A stretch of DNA of 32,271 bases from Octopus bimaculoides (GCF_001194135.2 NC_069001.1:31449255-31481525), one strand, 5' to 3'. Shown: positions 9,645 to 21,379, counted from the stretch's first letter. A program made the numbers and translations. The notes: generated by a model not told the origin, from the letters alone.

Positions 9645-10622
9645 CTTATGTTCAAATTAACCAGATCTGGCATCTCACACCTGCCCTATAATGTCTTTCT
9701 GAAGATACACAATCATATCATTGANNNNNNNNNNNNNNNNNNNNNNNNNNNNNNNNNNNNNNNNNNNNNNNNNNNNNNNNNNNNNNNNNNNNNNNNNNNN
9801 NNNNNNNNNNNNNNNNNNNNNNNNNNNNNNNNNNNNNNNNNNNNNNNNNNNNNNNNNNNNNNNNNNNNNNNNNNNNNNNNNNNNNNNNNNNNNNNNNNNN
9901 NNNNNNNNNNNNNNNNNNNNNNNNNNNNNNNNNNNNNNNNNNNNNNNNNNNNNNNNNNNNNNNNNNNNNNNNNNNNNNNNNNNNNNNNNNNNNNNNNAAA
10001 TCTCAAAGCTAGAAGCTAATGGTTGATTAATTCAAAACAATGTGAATATATTAGGATTACATGACAGGGAAATCTGAATGCTAAAGGGTTAAAAGAGAAG
10101 AATCTGAAGAATTTTGCAAAATGACCATTGTGTATCTGCCTCATGGTGATTCTCCTTGGTAATCCTGCTATTATTGGTGGTCAGTTAAAATAAACATCCA
10201 AGAAATGCTGCTAAAATAAGACTCAGATAAAAAGGCTTTGGAAGAAATATAGCCCTTTAGCATTTAAACTAGCCATATCTGGCCAAAATATTTTCTGTTT
10301 TATGTTCAAACTGGCCAGATCCAACATCTCACACCTACCCTACAATGTCAATCTAAAAGCATACAATTACATCATCAAAATCTCAAAGCTACAAGATAAT
10401 GATTAATTTGAAACAATGTGAATATATTACCATCACATCTGACAGAGAAATCTGAATGCCAAAGGGTTATCTAGATCCAGCCTCTCACACCAACTCTACA
10501 ATGTCAATTTTAAAAATAAACAATCACATCATCAAAATCTCAAAGCTAATGATTGATTAATTCAAAACAATGAAAATATATTAGCATTAGATTCGACAGT
10601 GATCAGAACACTAAAGAGTTAA
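9645..10622 (+). mobile_element. Cluster of three piggyBac-type MITE family 2 copies (about 9645-10092 across a gap, 10253-10469, 10470-10622)
   Basis: Shared ccagatc..catctcacacct.ccct..aatgtc...aaatctcaaagcta...aaacaatgtgaata...aatctgaatgctaaagggttaa; left end ccctttagc at 10253. Confidence 0.8.
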
Positions 10623-11210
10623 TGCTATGTAAATGTCCTCTTTGAATACAAGACTGGATTCCCATACAATAAAGCTTGTAGCATTTAGTCTCTGCCCTGT
10701 CTGTCTGTCTCTCCGTTTTCCTTATATTTTGAATAAAAACTGAAGTTGAATTTATCTTTCATTCATTATGGGTTGATATCATATGTAATGTAATTTTTGG
10801 ACTGGATGTGTTCTTGTACAACATGTAGGAACTTGTATCCTGCTTAGTCAATGGAAACCAATGGGAAAAAATACAAAAAAAAAACTGAATAAACTATACA
10901 CTTGAATACTTGTGTGTATGCGTACATTGACACAACACATTGACAATAGAATTCACTCAGAACAGTTTTACACCATCAGCCAAAGAAAAATTATATATAT
11001 CCATGTGTGTGTGTGTGTTTCATTGATGATCATTGTGGCATGAATCTTGCTTTGTAAGTAAGGAATTCAGTTTACAGAAATCATATCACTCTACAATGTA
11101 TATTAACTATTCTCTTTCACATTCATTGGAAAAAGTAACATTGGAGTATACANNNNNNNNNNCTTTTATATATGTGTGTATACCTATATATATATATATA
11201 TATATGTATA

Positions 11211-11515
11211 GGCGCAGGAGTTGCTGTGTGGTAAGTAGCTTGCTTACCAACCACATGGTTCCAGGTTCAGTCCCACTGCATGGCACCTTGGACAAGTGTC
11301 TTCTACTATAGCCTCAGGCCAACCAAAGCGTTGTGAGTAGATTTGGTAGACAGAAACTGAAAGAAGCTCATTGTGTGTGTGTATGTGTATTTCTCCCCAC
11401 AACCACCACTGCTTGACAACTGGTGTTGGTGTGTTTACATGTTCATGACTTAGCGGTTCAGCAGAAGGGTCTGATAGAATAAGTACTAGGCTAAAAAATA
11501 AAAAATAAGTCCTAG
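11211..11515 (+). mobile_element. SINE family A, near full length
   Basis: ggcgcaggagttgctgtgtggtaag (A box), ggttcagtccc (B box), central (TG)n, then gtgtttac..ttagcggttc..gatagaataagtactaggct. Confidence 0.9.
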
Positions 11516-11700
11516 AAGGTGCATGGTTTAGTGGTTGAGGTGTTCGACTGAACTCATAATCACAAGATTGTGGTCTTGATCCCTGGACATTGTGTTCTTG
11601 AGCAAAACACTTCATTTCACATTCCTCCAATCCACTCAGCTAGTACAAATGAACAATCCAGCAACTGACCGGTGTCCCGTCCAGAGAGGAACCAGGAAAC
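11516..11700 (+). mobile_element. tRNA-derived SINE family B, degenerate
   Basis: aaggtgcatggtttagtggtt...tgtgttcttgagcaaaacact..ccactcagct. Confidence 0.75.
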
Positions 11701-12165
11701 TGACCCTCTGCTCTGTACTGAGTAATGTTGACTAACCAATGAAGAGTATTGCTCGATAGCTCTCCTCCAAATATGGAATTTCTATGAAAGCCACAGATTT
11801 AGTATTTCTCTTTGAATGTTGCTGGAGATAAGCTTGTGTCATTGTAATTGTTCATGAGACACACTAATCATTGCGACCCATTACAAACTCATTATCTTCA
11901 TAAGTAGATTACGGTTTATTCATTTGTGAAACTTAATAATCTCACTTAGATTAACACTTGGGAATTATCCAGCTAACAGCTGTGGAATTATTAAGGGTGC
12001 ACACCTCAACCAATTCCACTTTCTATTTTTGGAATGGCCCTACTATAATCCCTATTCCTCTCTGATTATTGCCAAGTAATTTTAGGCTTTATTCCTTTAA
12101 TATTCTTTCTTGGTTGTCTGTTAATGATCATTAATGAATTACATTACCATATTTTGGCTTATCTT

Positions 12166-12503
12166 AAGGTGCATGGCTCAGTGGTTACAGCATTGGGCTC
12201 GCAATCATGAGATAGTGAGTTCAATTCCTGGACCGGGCTGTATGTTGTGTTCTTGAGCAAGACACTTTATTTCTTGTTGCTTCAGTTCACTCAGCTGTAG
12301 AAATGAGTTACAATATTCACTGGTGCCAAGATGTGTTGGCGTTTGTCTTTCCTTTGGATAACATCGATGGCACGGAGAGGGGAGGCGACTGGTATAAATG
12401 GACAGCTGCTGATCCTCCATCAGCAATCTTGCCTGGACTTGTGCCTCGGAGGAGAACTTTCTAGGTGCAATCCCATAGCCATTCATGACCAAAGGAGGTC
12501 TTT
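12166..12503 (+). mobile_element. tRNA-derived SINE family B
   Basis: A box tggctcagtggtt, B box gagttcaattcc, core gtgttcttgagcaagacact..cactcagctgtagaaatgag; colinear with 17586-17920. Confidence 0.9.
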
Positions 12504-12559
12504 ATATTGTCATTGGCCAGCAGAATTATTTCAGACTAAGCCTCTGTTTTATGACAGTA

Positions 12560-12800
12560 TCATCATCATCGTCATCATCAATTCATGTCCACTTTTCATT
12601 GCTTGCATTGGTCAATGGAATTAGTTGAGGCAGATTGACATTGACCAGATGCCATCTCTCACTTGTTTCTAAGCAAAGTAATATCTTACCATGACCAAAC
12701 ATGTTTTCCATGAAGACAATTAAGGAACCACACCACTTGTGTGACAGGGATGCTCATTTCCATGCATTACATGATGTCAAGACAGAGACACCAACTCATG
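12560..12800 (-). mobile_element. Repeat family G with (GAT)n tail
   Basis: Reverse complement of 18665-18870 (gtgtctctgtcttgacatc...gcttagaaacaag); tail catcatcatc. Confidence 0.6.
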
Positions 12801-12839
12801 CACACACATGTACACATGCATACACATATACACACACAC

Positions 12840-12876
<37 letters not shown>

Positions 12877-12929
12877 CACAACTTACCCACCACCACCACC
12901 ACTTCTCAGCCTCCGTTTACCAACTCCAC

Positions 12930-13031
12930 TTGGTTGGTCTAGGGCTATAGTAGAAGACAATTGGGACTGAACCCAAGACCACATGGTTGGGAAGCAAGCT
13001 TCTCAACTACACACCCAAGTCAAGCCTATAT
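12930..13031 (-). mobile_element. SINE family A, internally deleted
   Basis: ggctatagtagaagaca..tgggactgaaccc..gaccacatggttgggaagcaagct. Confidence 0.8.
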
Positions 13032-13356
13032 NNNNNNNNNNNNNNNNNNNNNNNNNNNNNNNNNNNNNNNNNNNNNNNNNNNNNNNNNNNNNNNNNNNNN
13101 NNNNNNNNNNNNNNNNNNNNNNNNNNNNNNNNNNNNNNNNNNNNNNNNNNNNNNNNNNNNNNNNNNNNNNNNNNNNNNNNNNNNNNNNNNNNNNNNNNNN
13201 NNNNNNNNNNNNNNNNNNNNNNNNNNNNNNNNNNNNNNNNNNNNNNNNNNNNNNNNNNNNNNNNNNNNNNNNNNNNNNNNNNNNNNNNNNNNNNNNNNNN
13301 NNNNNNNNNNNNNNNNNNNNNNNNNNNNNNNNNNNNNNNNNNNNNNNNNNNNNNNN

Positions 13357-13394
<38 letters not shown>

Positions 13395-13519
13395 GCAAAC
13401 ATCTTCCATAAATTAGTTCAGTCAGATAATTCCAAAAAGTAAATAAACACAAACATATGTATATATTCACATACACAAAAATTATACATACATACACATA
13501 TCTATACATACTTATACAA

Positions 13520-13563
<44 letters not shown>

Positions 13564-13948
13564 TTATACACATGCACACACACATATATATAAACGCATA
13601 CCTACCTACACACACACACATATATATATGTGTGTGTGTGTGTGTAATGTAATAAATATAGTTTAAAAAGAAAAGAACCAGCAGAATGAAAAGTGAAATA
13701 ACATGAAATATTAATAAGTCATGTTTGGTGCAGTAAAAACAGAAACATAGGAAAGAAACAAACCCATCACTTATGAAAGACCACGGAATAAAACGATTTT
13801 CCAAAGATATGCGGTCGATGTTGTTTGCAGTTATTTCATCTTTTTCAGAAAGAAGATTATGAAGAAGATAAAATATATTGTATATCTATGTGAGATGGTG
13901 TGTGTGTGTGTGTATAACTATAGAAATTTATTACATATAGATATATAT

Positions 13949-14025
<77 letters not shown>

Positions 14026-14094
14026 TATATATATATACACATATACACACAAATACATAATATATATTCAAACGTGTGTGTGTATGAGTGCATT

Positions 14095-14258
14095 ATGGGA
14101 GAATTGTTAAGAAAGTTGCTTTGCAACTGCTAAGTCTTCGGTTCAATCCCACTGCTTGGCATCTTGGACAAATCTCATTCTCTATTTTCCATAACCTCAT
14201 GTCGACCTTATCATCTTGTGAGTGAATTTAGGTTGATGGAAAACTGTGTGGAATCCCA
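14095..14258 (+). mobile_element. SINE family A-related, old copy
   Basis: ggttcaatcccactgcttggcatcttggacaa...ttgtgagtgaatttagg..gatggaaaactg. Confidence 0.65.
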
Positions 14259-14419
14259 TCTTAGTGGTTTGTACCAGATATTCAAAACAAGCTGAAGCCT
14301 TGTCACATGCTCTGGGCAATGTTGATTCTGCCTAAGAGTTATGCTACCTGAACATGAGCCTGTGGAATATTCACCACTTACACTTTGATCATATGCTTGT
14401 ACTCCTATCAGGGCATCAC

Positions 14420-14760
14420 TTGATAGTTGTAAAATGAGTGCCATGTCATTCATTTTCAATCTTTCTGAGGGAAAGACATGCTTCAATATAAGGGCCAGCT
14501 TGCAAATCATTTAAATTCATTTAAGACTAGAAGTAAGATGAACAGCATGCTTAAGCAGACTAATCTGGTCCCTTAAAGATAGGACCCATAGCTTTAGCAT
14601 AGAGTGAGAGGTGGTTAGTACAACTAAACCTTATGGAACAGGGGAAAATAGATGTGAGTTATGTATAGAAGAAATGGACCAAATCTTTACATTGAGACAC
14701 AAATGACTTAACTGCAGGGGGGAACAGGCTTTAAGAAATTTAACACATGTTCTAGATAAC
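14420..14760 (+). mobile_element. Penelope-like GIY-YIG fragment (second family), decayed
   Basis: LSEGKTCFNIRAS.LANHLNSFKTRSKMNS, then after a frameshift LSRLIWSLKDRTHSFSIE*EVVSTTKPYGTGENRCELCIEE...LNCRGE; DNA at 14462-14500 matches the reverse complement of 15138-15175. Confidence 0.75.
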
Positions 14761-15117
14761 TCCACAGATGGATGGAAAAGAAAAGATAGAAGACATGTCC
14801 TAAACTCCCCCAAACACATGGCTTTTTCTCAACCAGCCTAGTATATATTCCTTTTCCTCTCTACTACCTAGAATAATAAATATCACAGCCATGAAAACAT
14901 CTGAATAACTAAGAACATAACATAGAACTGAACCACCCTAAAATAAAATACATTACAGTAATTATACATAAAAGTAAGCTTATTAAGTACCCATCTACAA
15001 CAAGACACAAAGAAGCCTGCTAAACAGTAACATGACCCAATGATATAGAATCCTGACTTTGACCAGCAACTTGTGTAAAACCAAGGTCAACCACACAATG
15101 ATTTGCTAGTTGTTTTT

Positions 15118-15345
15118 TTTTTATTTTAAATTTAGCATGCTGGCCCCTATATAGAAGCATGTCCTTCCTTCAGAAATGATCTTGCATCGATACATTAGGG
15201 TTTTCATCAAACATCGAGAGTTTAAAGGGCATACTTTATTCCTAGCACAGAGGCCTAATTCTCTGTTCCTATTATCTATAGTGTTGTAGTTCCTGCTTCC
15301 CATTATTTCTGTCAATCTACAATTTTTCCTAAGCTTTTCATCCAT
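15118..15345 (-). mobile_element. Penelope-like GIY-YIG N-terminal fragment (second family)
   Basis: ORF ...LCARNKVCPLNSRCLMKTLMYRCKIISEGRTCFYIGAS: CPLxxxC linker followed by LMY...YIG. Confidence 0.8.
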
Positions 15346-15421
15346 AGGTATTTGTGGGCTGCTATTTCTAGCAATTCCAATGTCTTGTCTTGTGAGAGTA
15401 GAGGTTTGTGTTGAACTTAGC

Positions 15422-15630
15422 TTACCTCAACTGCTGGGCATGCTGTCTAAAGATCTGCTTGTAGATTTCAGCATTGTCAGTCTCTTGCAGGTGAATAAGT
15501 GGACCAGGACCAGCAGCAGAGATCCCTCCCCACACCATTACACTCCCTCCTCCATATTTCACCGTCTCCTTCACACATGCACGACATAACCTTTCACCAT
15601 TTCTTCGTAAAAAACACCATTTGAGCTTGG
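15422..15630 (-). mobile_element. Tc1/mariner transposase fragment
   Basis: RRNGERLCRACVKETVKYGGGSVMVWGGISAAGPGPLIHLQETDNAEIYKQIFRQHA contains the Tc1 TVKHGGGSVMVWG motif. Confidence 0.9.
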
Positions 15631-15633
15631 CCA

Positions 15634-15850
15634 TTGCCAGTAACGCCTGACTGGCCTTCGTGCCAGTGGCACGTAAAAGCACCCACTACACTCCCGGAGT
15701 GGTTGGCATTAGGAAAGGCATCCAGCTGTAGAAACTCTGCCAGATCAGATTGGAGCCTGGTGCAGCCATCTGGTTCGCCAGTTCTCAGTCAAATCGTCCA
15801 ACCCATGCTGGCATGGAAAGCAGATGTTAAACAATGATGATGATGATGAT
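15634..15850 (+). mobile_element. Family C repeat with (GAT)n tail
   Basis: gtgccagtggcacgtaaaagcaccc...ggcatccagctgtagaaactctgcc...ccaacccatgctggcatggaaagcagatgttaaa(gat)n. Confidence 0.9.
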
Positions 15851-15855
15851 ATATA

Positions 15856-16692
15856 TTTGCATAATGGTGACATCAGAGAAAGAACTTAACAAAGTCTTCC
15901 TAAATCTCAGTGCACAGCATAAGGATCACAAATGGTTGAGTGAAAGAGTAATTTTAGCCCTGAAAAGCTGTAACAGTGAATGCAATAAACTTTGATTTCC
16001 TAATGTGCCTTCCTGGAAAATGCCAATCATATAGATCTATTGACACTGTTGTTGACTAATCAGAAATAGTAAAATATCCAGTTGACTTTTTAAATTCACT
16101 GGAACCACCAGGTTTGCCTCCTCATAAGCTTCACTTTAAATTGGAGCACCTGTAATGCTTTTAAGAAATTTAGATCCTCCAAAATTGTGCAATGGACTAA
16201 GACTTATTGTGAAGAAAATGATGCCACATGTTATAGAAGCTTCTGTACTCCCTGGGTGTGGAGCAGACGGTAATGTATTCATTACTAGAATTCCATTGAA
16301 ACCAACTGATTTCCCAGTATAATTTAAAAGAGTACAGTTTCCAGTGAGACTAAGTTTTGCTATGTCCATCAGTTATTGGTTTGCAATTAGAGAAGCGTTG
16401 CTTCTCTCATGGACAATTGTATGTTGGATGCTCACGTGTTGGAAGTCCAAAAAATCTTTTCATTTATACTCCACTAGCAAAAATTTATAATGTTGTATAT
16501 AAAGAAGTTTTATCAAAATTTTCTTCTATGTATTTTCTATTTCAAGTATATTATTGTTGTTGATCTCACAGAATTTATGCCAGTAATGTTAGAACCACTA
16601 ATCACAATAATTATTAAGAAGAAACTCGTATGTCAAATTTTTGAATGAAGTCTCATTATTTTAACCCGGGCAACAACGGGTACTTCTGCTAG
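15856..16692 (+). mobile_element. Helitron 3' fragment: decayed PIF1-like helicase C-terminus and intact 3' terminus
   Basis: [100 protein letters not shown]; hairpin cccg-ggcaacaa-cggg at 16665-16680; CTAG at 16689-16692 followed by T. Confidence 0.93.
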
Positions 16693-16864
16693 TATGTGTG
16701 TATATATATATATGTGCACACGTATACTAAGCTTAATTTGTTTTTCTTATGTACATTTATTTTAATGTATGAGATGTTTAAGCTTCTCACATTAGCAGTA
16801 GTCCAGTTTCGTTGTGGTGTTTGGTGGAACAGGAAAACTTAAAATCGTCATTTATCACAAACAC

Positions 16865-16920
<56 letters not shown>

Positions 16921-17585
16921 TAGTTAATGCAAAATGAAAACTAAAAAGAAACGAAACAATTCAGGAAAAACAGAACCTCCTTGTTTGTGTAAACATAAAC
17001 GCAAAGTGCACAACAAATAGTGAATTCAAGATTGAGATTTAAAATTATTTACAATTTGCAGGAGAGCTTTTATAAGCTTCAATTCAATATTTGTAGGGTT
17101 TGTGTGAAACACACATAAGGCAGCTACATTTAGAGTTACAGCAGATTCATTTTGAATCATTTTGTTTTTATTCATCTTTGCAATAAAACTACAGAGTGTT
17201 TATAACAAACAGCACTTAAAATGCTGCCCTTTTCCTGTTGATGAATATTATTTAAGGTGAAAAAGCTTAAATCCATATAAATATAGTCGTTTTAATGTGT
17301 GACCTCTGAGTTGTTTTCTGTGTCACTTTGTTCACATCTAGATTCGGATGAAAACTCTCCACAAAAATACATTTCGAAGTATTATGAGAAGAATGTTTAT
17401 AAAAACCCCTATACGGATTCAAAACAATTTCGATTCTTGAATACAGTATTAGTAAAGCCTTTTGTGAAGTTTACAGACATAAAGTTCTAGTTAAGGGGAT
17501 AGAATATTTGTTCTGAATCATTTTGTTACACTCCGTTTCAATTTTGCAATATCTATATCTTGTGTGTGTGTGTGTGTGTTTGGTG

Positions 17586-17920
17586 AAGGTGCATGAATCA
17601 GAGATTACAGCATTTGACTTACGACCATGAGGTAGTGAGTTTGATTGCCAGACCGGGCTGTGTTGTGTTCTTGAGCAAGACATTTTATTTCACATTGCTT
17701 CAGTTCATTCATCTGTAGAAATGAGTTGTGATGTCACTGGTGCCAAGCTGTAGCAGTCTTTGCCTTTCTCTTGGACAACATCAGTGGCTTGTAGACGGGA
17801 AGCTGGTATGTATGGGTGACTGCTGGTCTTCCATAAACAACCTTGCCCAGACTTATGCCTAGGAGGGTAACTTTCTAGGTGCAATCCCATGGTCATTCAT
17901 GACCGAAGGGGGCTTTTACC
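17586..17920 (+). mobile_element. tRNA-derived SINE family B
   Basis: Colinear with 12166-12503, ending in ctaggtgcaatcccatggtcattcatgaccgaaggggg. Confidence 0.9.
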
Positions 17921-18144
17921 CTATATGCGTGTGTGTGTAATATGATTATACTTAGGCTTAGTGGTACTAATAACCAATTGATAAGACTCATTATATATAT
18001 GCTTTAAGATGTTGCACAAGCACTCACTGCTGAGTGCTCTGCTTCTTATAGCAGAAACAACTGTAAGCTAATGAAGTTGATTAGATAACTCCTGTATGGT
18101 TGTCATTCAATAACTGCTGTATAATATAGTACACACATATACCT

Positions 18145-18310
18145 AGGTGCAGATATGGCTGTTCAGTTGAAGTTCTCTTCTGAGCTTCATGGTTTTAGGT
18201 TCAGTCCCACGGTATTGCACCTTAGGCAAGTCTCTTCTACCATATCTTTGGGCTGACCTAAGCTTTAGGAATGAATTTGGTACATGAAAACTAAAAGAAG
18301 TCGGTTGTGT
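18145..18310 (+). mobile_element. SINE family A
   Basis: ggttcagtcccacggtattgcaccttaggcaagtctcttctac...gaatttggtacatgaaaactaaaagaag. Confidence 0.75.
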
Positions 18311-18324
18311 GTATCTCATCCTCA

Positions 18325-18625
18325 CTATCATCATCATCATTTAACACCTGTTTTCCATCCTGGAATAGGCCAGCCACTTGACAGAGTGTATGGAGTGCTG
18401 AAGCATGGCACTGGTACAAATGCATTCATGTGGTGCCTGCACAGGCACCTTTATGTGGCACCAGCAAGGGTGCTCTTTGATGTAGCACCAGCAAGAGTGC
18501 TTTTAATATGAAGCTCACATGGGTGCTTTTTACATGTGCCAGAATATTTTACTTTCATGAGGCTCTGGCAACGAGTGCTCTTTACATGACCCCAGCATGA
18601 GTGCTTTTTAGGTAGTGCCACAATG
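18325..18625 (-). mobile_element. Family C repeat with an internal tandem expansion of about 25-nt units
   Basis: catcatcatcatttaacacctgttttcca tail; repeated gtgct(t/c)tttNatgtggcaccagcaag-like units at 18440-18620. Confidence 0.65.
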
Positions 18626-18634
18626 GGCACTTCT

Positions 18635-18664
<30 letters not shown>

Positions 18665-18670
<6 letters not shown>

Positions 18671-18870
18671 TGGTATCTCTGTCTTGACATCCTGTAAAAG
18701 CTGTGAAGAGGATCAGCATCATACAACCACTGTTTTACCTTTCAGTGAAAACATATCCAGCCATGGCAAAATACTAGCTTGCTTACAAACAGGTATGGGT
18801 CAGTGATAAGAAGGGTATATAACTGCAGCTGTTGAAAATATACCTCAATGAGTTCATCTGTTACCAGGTG
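18665..18870 (+). mobile_element. Repeat family G
   Basis: Homologous, in inverted orientation, to 12560-12800. Confidence 0.55.
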
Positions 18871-18914
18871 AATGTGGTACTCATTTACAGAGTACCTCTC
18901 AATCCTTCTCTCTC

Positions 18915-19207
18915 AAATAGCAAAAGCATCCAGTCCACACTGTAAAGTGGTTGGCATTTGGAAGGGCATCCAGCCATAAAAACCACGCCAAAACTGACCT
19001 CGCCTATTCTTGTGCCACATAGAAAACACTCTGTCCACTCTGCTGGGTGATTGGTGCCAGGAAGGACATCCAGCTGTAAAAACCAAGCCAAAACCAACAC
19101 TGGTGTCCGGTGCAGGCTCGTACCTAGCCAGCTTCTGTCAAACTCTCCAACCCATGCCAGCATGGAAGGTGAACGTTAACCAATGATGATGATGATGATG
19201 ATGATGA
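18915..19207 (+). mobile_element. Family C repeat with a duplicated internal segment
   Basis: Two ggaagg(g/a)catccagc(c/t)(a/g)taaaaacc blocks; ends ccaacccatgccagcatggaa..(gat)n. Confidence 0.85.
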
Positions 19208-19384
19208 AATTCATCATTTGATTTTTGTTTTGTTTTTCTTTAGTTTTGTATTCTGTATTGTTTTTTTATATTTTTAATTCAACACAATCAGTCAGTTATT
19301 CATCATATCAGGACAGGTCAAGCCTCCATCCCCCCATTCTCTTGCCCTCCCCACTCATCTCTACGCAAACACCAAAATATTGTA

Positions 19385-19560
19385 GGTAGAGATGTGGTTA
19401 AGAAGGTTGCTCTGTAACCACGTTGTTTCAGGTTCAAGGTCACCATGTGTCCATTACCTTGGGTAGATGTCTTCAATCAGTTATAGCTTTAATTCCCCAA
19501 TGCCTTGTGTTGATGGAAACTGCAGGGAAGCTCATTCTGTCTGTGCATGCACATGCAAAC
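19385..19560 (+). mobile_element. SINE family A, old copy
   Basis: gtggttaagaaggttgct..accacgtt..ggttca..ccttgggtagatgtcttc..ccttgtg..gatggaaactg. Confidence 0.65.
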
Positions 19561-19614
19561 CAGTGGTTTGGTAGCTCCACCTCTCAGGCACCCCACACCC
19601 ACCCCTATCACTTG

Positions 19615-20005
19615 TATCTTTTATTTTTTACTTGTTTTTTAATCATATTAGACTGTGGCCATGCTGGAGCATTGCCTTGAAGAATTTTTAGTTGAATGAA
19701 TCGACCCCAGGATTTACCTTTTTAAAGTCTGGTACTTATTCTATTGGTCTCTTTTGCTGAACAGCTAAGTTACAGGGGATGTAAACACACCAACGCTAGT
19801 TTTCAAGTGGTGGTGAGAGCCAAACACACACACACACACATGACGGGCTTCTTTCAGTTTCCATCTACCAAATCTACTCAGAAGGCTTTGGTCGGCCCAA
19901 GGCTAAAGCACAAGACACTAGCCCAGGATGCCATGCTGTAGGACTGAACCTGGAACCATGTGGTTGGGAAGCAATCTTTTTACCACACAGCCACAACTGC
20001 ATCTA
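19615..20005 (-). mobile_element. SINE family A, full length
   Basis: Head at 19950-20003, central (CA)n, 3' tail gactgtggccatgctggagc. Confidence 0.9.
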
Positions 20006-20014
20006 CATATATAT

Positions 20015-20140
20015 TTCTATTTTTTACTTGTTTCAGTCATTAGATTGCGGCCATGCTGGGGCACTGCCTTGAAGAATTTTTAGTCAAATGAATCGCTCCC
20101 AGTAATTATTTTCTCTTTAAGCTTGATGCTTATTCTATCG
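20015..20140 (-). mobile_element. SINE family A 3' tail fragment
   Basis: tacttgtttcagtcattagattgcggccatgctggggcactgccttgaagaatt. Confidence 0.8.
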
Positions 20141-20900
20141 GATATATATATATATATATATATATATANNNNNNNNNNNNNNNNNNNNNNNNNNNNNNNN
20201 NNNNNNNNNNNNNNNNNNNNNNNNNNNNNNNNNNNNNNNNNNNNNNNNNNNNNNNNNNNNNNNNNNNNNNNNNNNNNNNNNNNNNNNNNNNNNNNNNNNN
20301 NNNNNNNNNNNNNNNNNNNNNNNNNNNNNNNNNNNNNNNNNNNNNNNNNNNNNNNNNNNNNNNNNNNNNNNNNNNNNNNNNNNNNNNNNNNNNNNNNNNN
20401 NNNNNNNNNNNNNNNNNNNNNNNNNNNNNNNNNNNNNNNNNNNNNNNNNNNNNNNNNNNNNNNNNNNNNNNNNNNNNNNNNNNNNNNNNNNNNNNNNNNN
20501 NNNNNNNNNNNNNNNNNNNNNNNNNNNNNNNNNNNNNNNNNNNNNNNNNNNNNNNNNNNNNNNNNNNNNNNNNNNNNNNNNNNNNNNNNNNNNNNNNNNN
20601 NNNNNNNNNNNNNNNNNNNNNNNNNNNNNNNNNNNNNNNNNNNNNNNNNNNNNNNNNNNNNNNNNNNNNNNNNNNNNNNNNNNNNNNNNNNNNNNNNNNN
20701 NNNNNNNNNNNNNNNNNNNNNNNNNNNNNNNNNNNNNNNNNNNNNNNNNNNNNNNNNNNNNNNNNNNNNNNNNNNNNNNNNNNNNNNNNNNNNNNNNNNN
20801 NNNNNNNNNNNNNNNNNNNNNNNNNNNNNNNNNNNNNNNNNNNNNNNNNNNNNNNNNNNNNNNNNNNNNNNNNNNNNNNNNNNNNNNNNNNNNNNNNNNN

Positions 20901-21237
20901 NAGGTGTACCATCCTGAGCGTGACCGTTGCCAGTACCACCTGACTGGCGTTGTAGGGTTTTCGAGCGAGATCGTTGCCAGTGCCCCTGGACTGGCTCTTG
21001 TGCGGGTGGCACATAAAAGACACCATTTCGATCGTGGCCGTTTTTGTGAGGGTGACACGTAAAAGCACCCACTACACTCTCTGAGTGGTTGGCGTTAGGA
21101 AGGGCATCCAGCTGTAGAAACTCTGCCAAATTAGATTGGAGCCTGGTGTAGCCATCCGGCTGCACCAGTCCTCAGTCAAATCGTCCAACCCATGCTAGCA
21201 TGGAAAGCGGACGTTAAACGATGATGATGATGATGAT
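20901..21237 (+). mobile_element. Family C repeat, young CpG-rich copy; 5' part lies in the gap
   Basis: Retained CpGs; ends catggaaagcggacgttaaac(gat)n. Confidence 0.9.
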
Positions 21238-21378
21238 ACACGACAGGTTCCTTTCAATTTCCATCTACGATCATAAATCTACTCACAAGACTTTGGTTGG
21301 CCCAAGGCTATAGTGGAGCTGTATTCAGATCCATGTGGTTGGGAAACAAGCTTCTTACCACACAGCCATTCCTGTGCC
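21238..21378 (-). mobile_element. SINE family A
   Basis: cgacaggttcctttcaatttccatctac..ctcacaagactttggttggcccaaggctatagt..ccatgtggttgggaaacaagcttcttaccacacagcc. Confidence 0.85.
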
Positions 21379-21379
21379 C

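Noticed and set aside
12166-12250. tRNA-like sequences with A/B boxes (also 11211, 17586, 24560-24655)
   Set aside because: They are SINE heads: no complete cloverleaf, and they continue into shared SINE bodies
13849-13889. Possible 41-nt exon (tttttcAG|aaagaagattatgaagaag...ctat|GTGAGA)
   Set aside because: It abuts a microsatellite, the peptide is unrecognised, and its most plausible frame is not phase-compatible with the 17342 candidate
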